Shown here in pieces: positions 63,238 to 64,000 of a stretch of DNA of 64,000 bases; within the stretch, counting starts at the first letter, position 1, and every line of letters begins with the position of its first letter. The notes under the pieces are model-generated. The model was not told where the DNA came from, did not search any database, and was given only the letters and a program-made list of their open reading frames with translations. The translations under genes were made by a program, and so were the position numbers. This stretch comes from Cenococcum geophilum (taxonomy: Eukaryota), in NCBI GenBank assembly GCA_050273025.1, contig CP158635.1:22630001-22694000 (forward strand), read 5' to 3'.

Positions 63238-64000
63238 CTAGGCAGAAGGATAACGCAAGATCTCCTCGCAGTTCGCATCGAACCGCATGCTCCAAAGACG
63301 CATACCAGTCATCAACTTCTCCGTCTTCTCCAACTCCCGGTCTCTTCCGAAGATTGAGTCAACAAACTCACATCCACTGTTCTTGCCCATGCTCACGGGC
63401 TTCTTCTCGCCGCTCTCCTTCTTAGCGGCCTTCCACATGTAGTCTTCGCAGACTTTGAGTAATTTAGCGAAGCGAACCCACAGGCGTTCGCCGCTGTCCA
63501 GGAAATCCTCCACCATTTCCTTGCTTTCGGTCTTTCGGATCTTCGGCATACACTCTTCTGCACGCTTGACTTTGCCAGCGAGCTGGATGAGGAGAAGCCA
63601 TAGTTCGCCCGCCATCTCGGATAGCGGTGTGGCGGGTCCATGATGGAAGACGGTCCAGTCATAGATCCACTTGCCTAGAGAGTTAGCGTCGAAGACGCTA
63701 CCCAATAGCATGATAGGCTCCTCGGTCGGGTCCCAATTCTTGTAGGAGTAGCCTGCTGGAATACCGGCTCGACGCGCGTCCTCCTCTGTTGCCTTTGGAG
63801 TCGGTTTCGCCGTTGCTGGTCGCTGCTTGGGTGGCGAAGGTTGAGGTCGGCTCGAGTGGGAGGCGCGACGGGCTCGGGAACGGTGTGGCGTAGGCTCTGC
63901 TTCGGTGTAGATTGGGACCTGATCGTAAGAATAATAGTGATCAGCACCTCCGTAGTTTTCATAGTATTCGTACGGTTCGTACGGCGGCGGCGGGCTGTCA
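63238..64000 (-). CDS. 3' part of a conserved filamentous-fungal protein of unknown function (family often auto-annotated 'vegetative cell wall protein gp1'); start outside window
   Basis: Open frame from 63999 to the TAG at 63238: 'DSPPPPYEPYEYY...KATEEDARRAGIPAGYSYKNWDPTEEPIMLLGSVFDANSLGKWIYDWTV...MRLWSMRFDANCEEILRYPSA'. No RIP signature. The family label is from memory, not a search. Confidence 0.88.
   Translation of the reverse strand, partial: DSPPPPYEPYEYYENYGGADHYYSYDQVPIYTEAEPTPHRSRARRASHSSRPQPSPPKQRPATAKPTPKATEEDARRAGIPAGYSYKNWDPTEEPIMLLGSVFDANSLGKWIYDWTVFHHGPATPLSEMAGELWLLLIQLAGKVKRAEECMPKIRKTESKEMVEDFLDSGERLWVRFAKLLKVCEDYMWKAAKKESGEKKPVSMGKNSGCEFVDSIFGRDRELEKTEKLMTGMRLWSMRFDANCEEILRYPSA

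Overview
Filamentous-ascomycete (Pezizomycotina-type) genomic DNA. Bases 1-~59,300 are an AT-rich block of nested retrotransposons degraded by RIP (stops almost all TAA/TAG; paired LTRs differ mainly by C>T/G>A). From the left: a Ty1/copia element (1-5136) with a 5'-truncated LINE inside it; a ~10.4 kb Ty3/gypsy element A (5137-15487, minus); a gypsy remnant B (15488-~19408); a solo LTR and a 2.3 kb non-autonomous LTR element C with an internal tandem array; a full-length chromovirus D (22720-29816, plus); gypsy E (30200-49623, minus) hosting a full-length LINE and gypsy F; and gypsy G (50980-58945, minus). Most boundaries are fixed by LTR pairs and target-site duplications. After ~59.3 kb the DNA becomes GC-balanced and ends in the 3' part of a conserved fungal gene. 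Three observations stand out. Element A has a ~900-codon extra ORF that reads, after mental de-RIPing, as a PhyH-like Fe(II)/2-oxoglutarate dioxygenase. Element G has an antisense, intron-containing gene for a Zn(II)2Cys6-like plus coiled-coil protein. Three gypsy families with different LTRs share a ~120-bp palindromic module in their 3' regions, in either orientation. Protein identities come from manual translation and motif recognition only; no database search was run.
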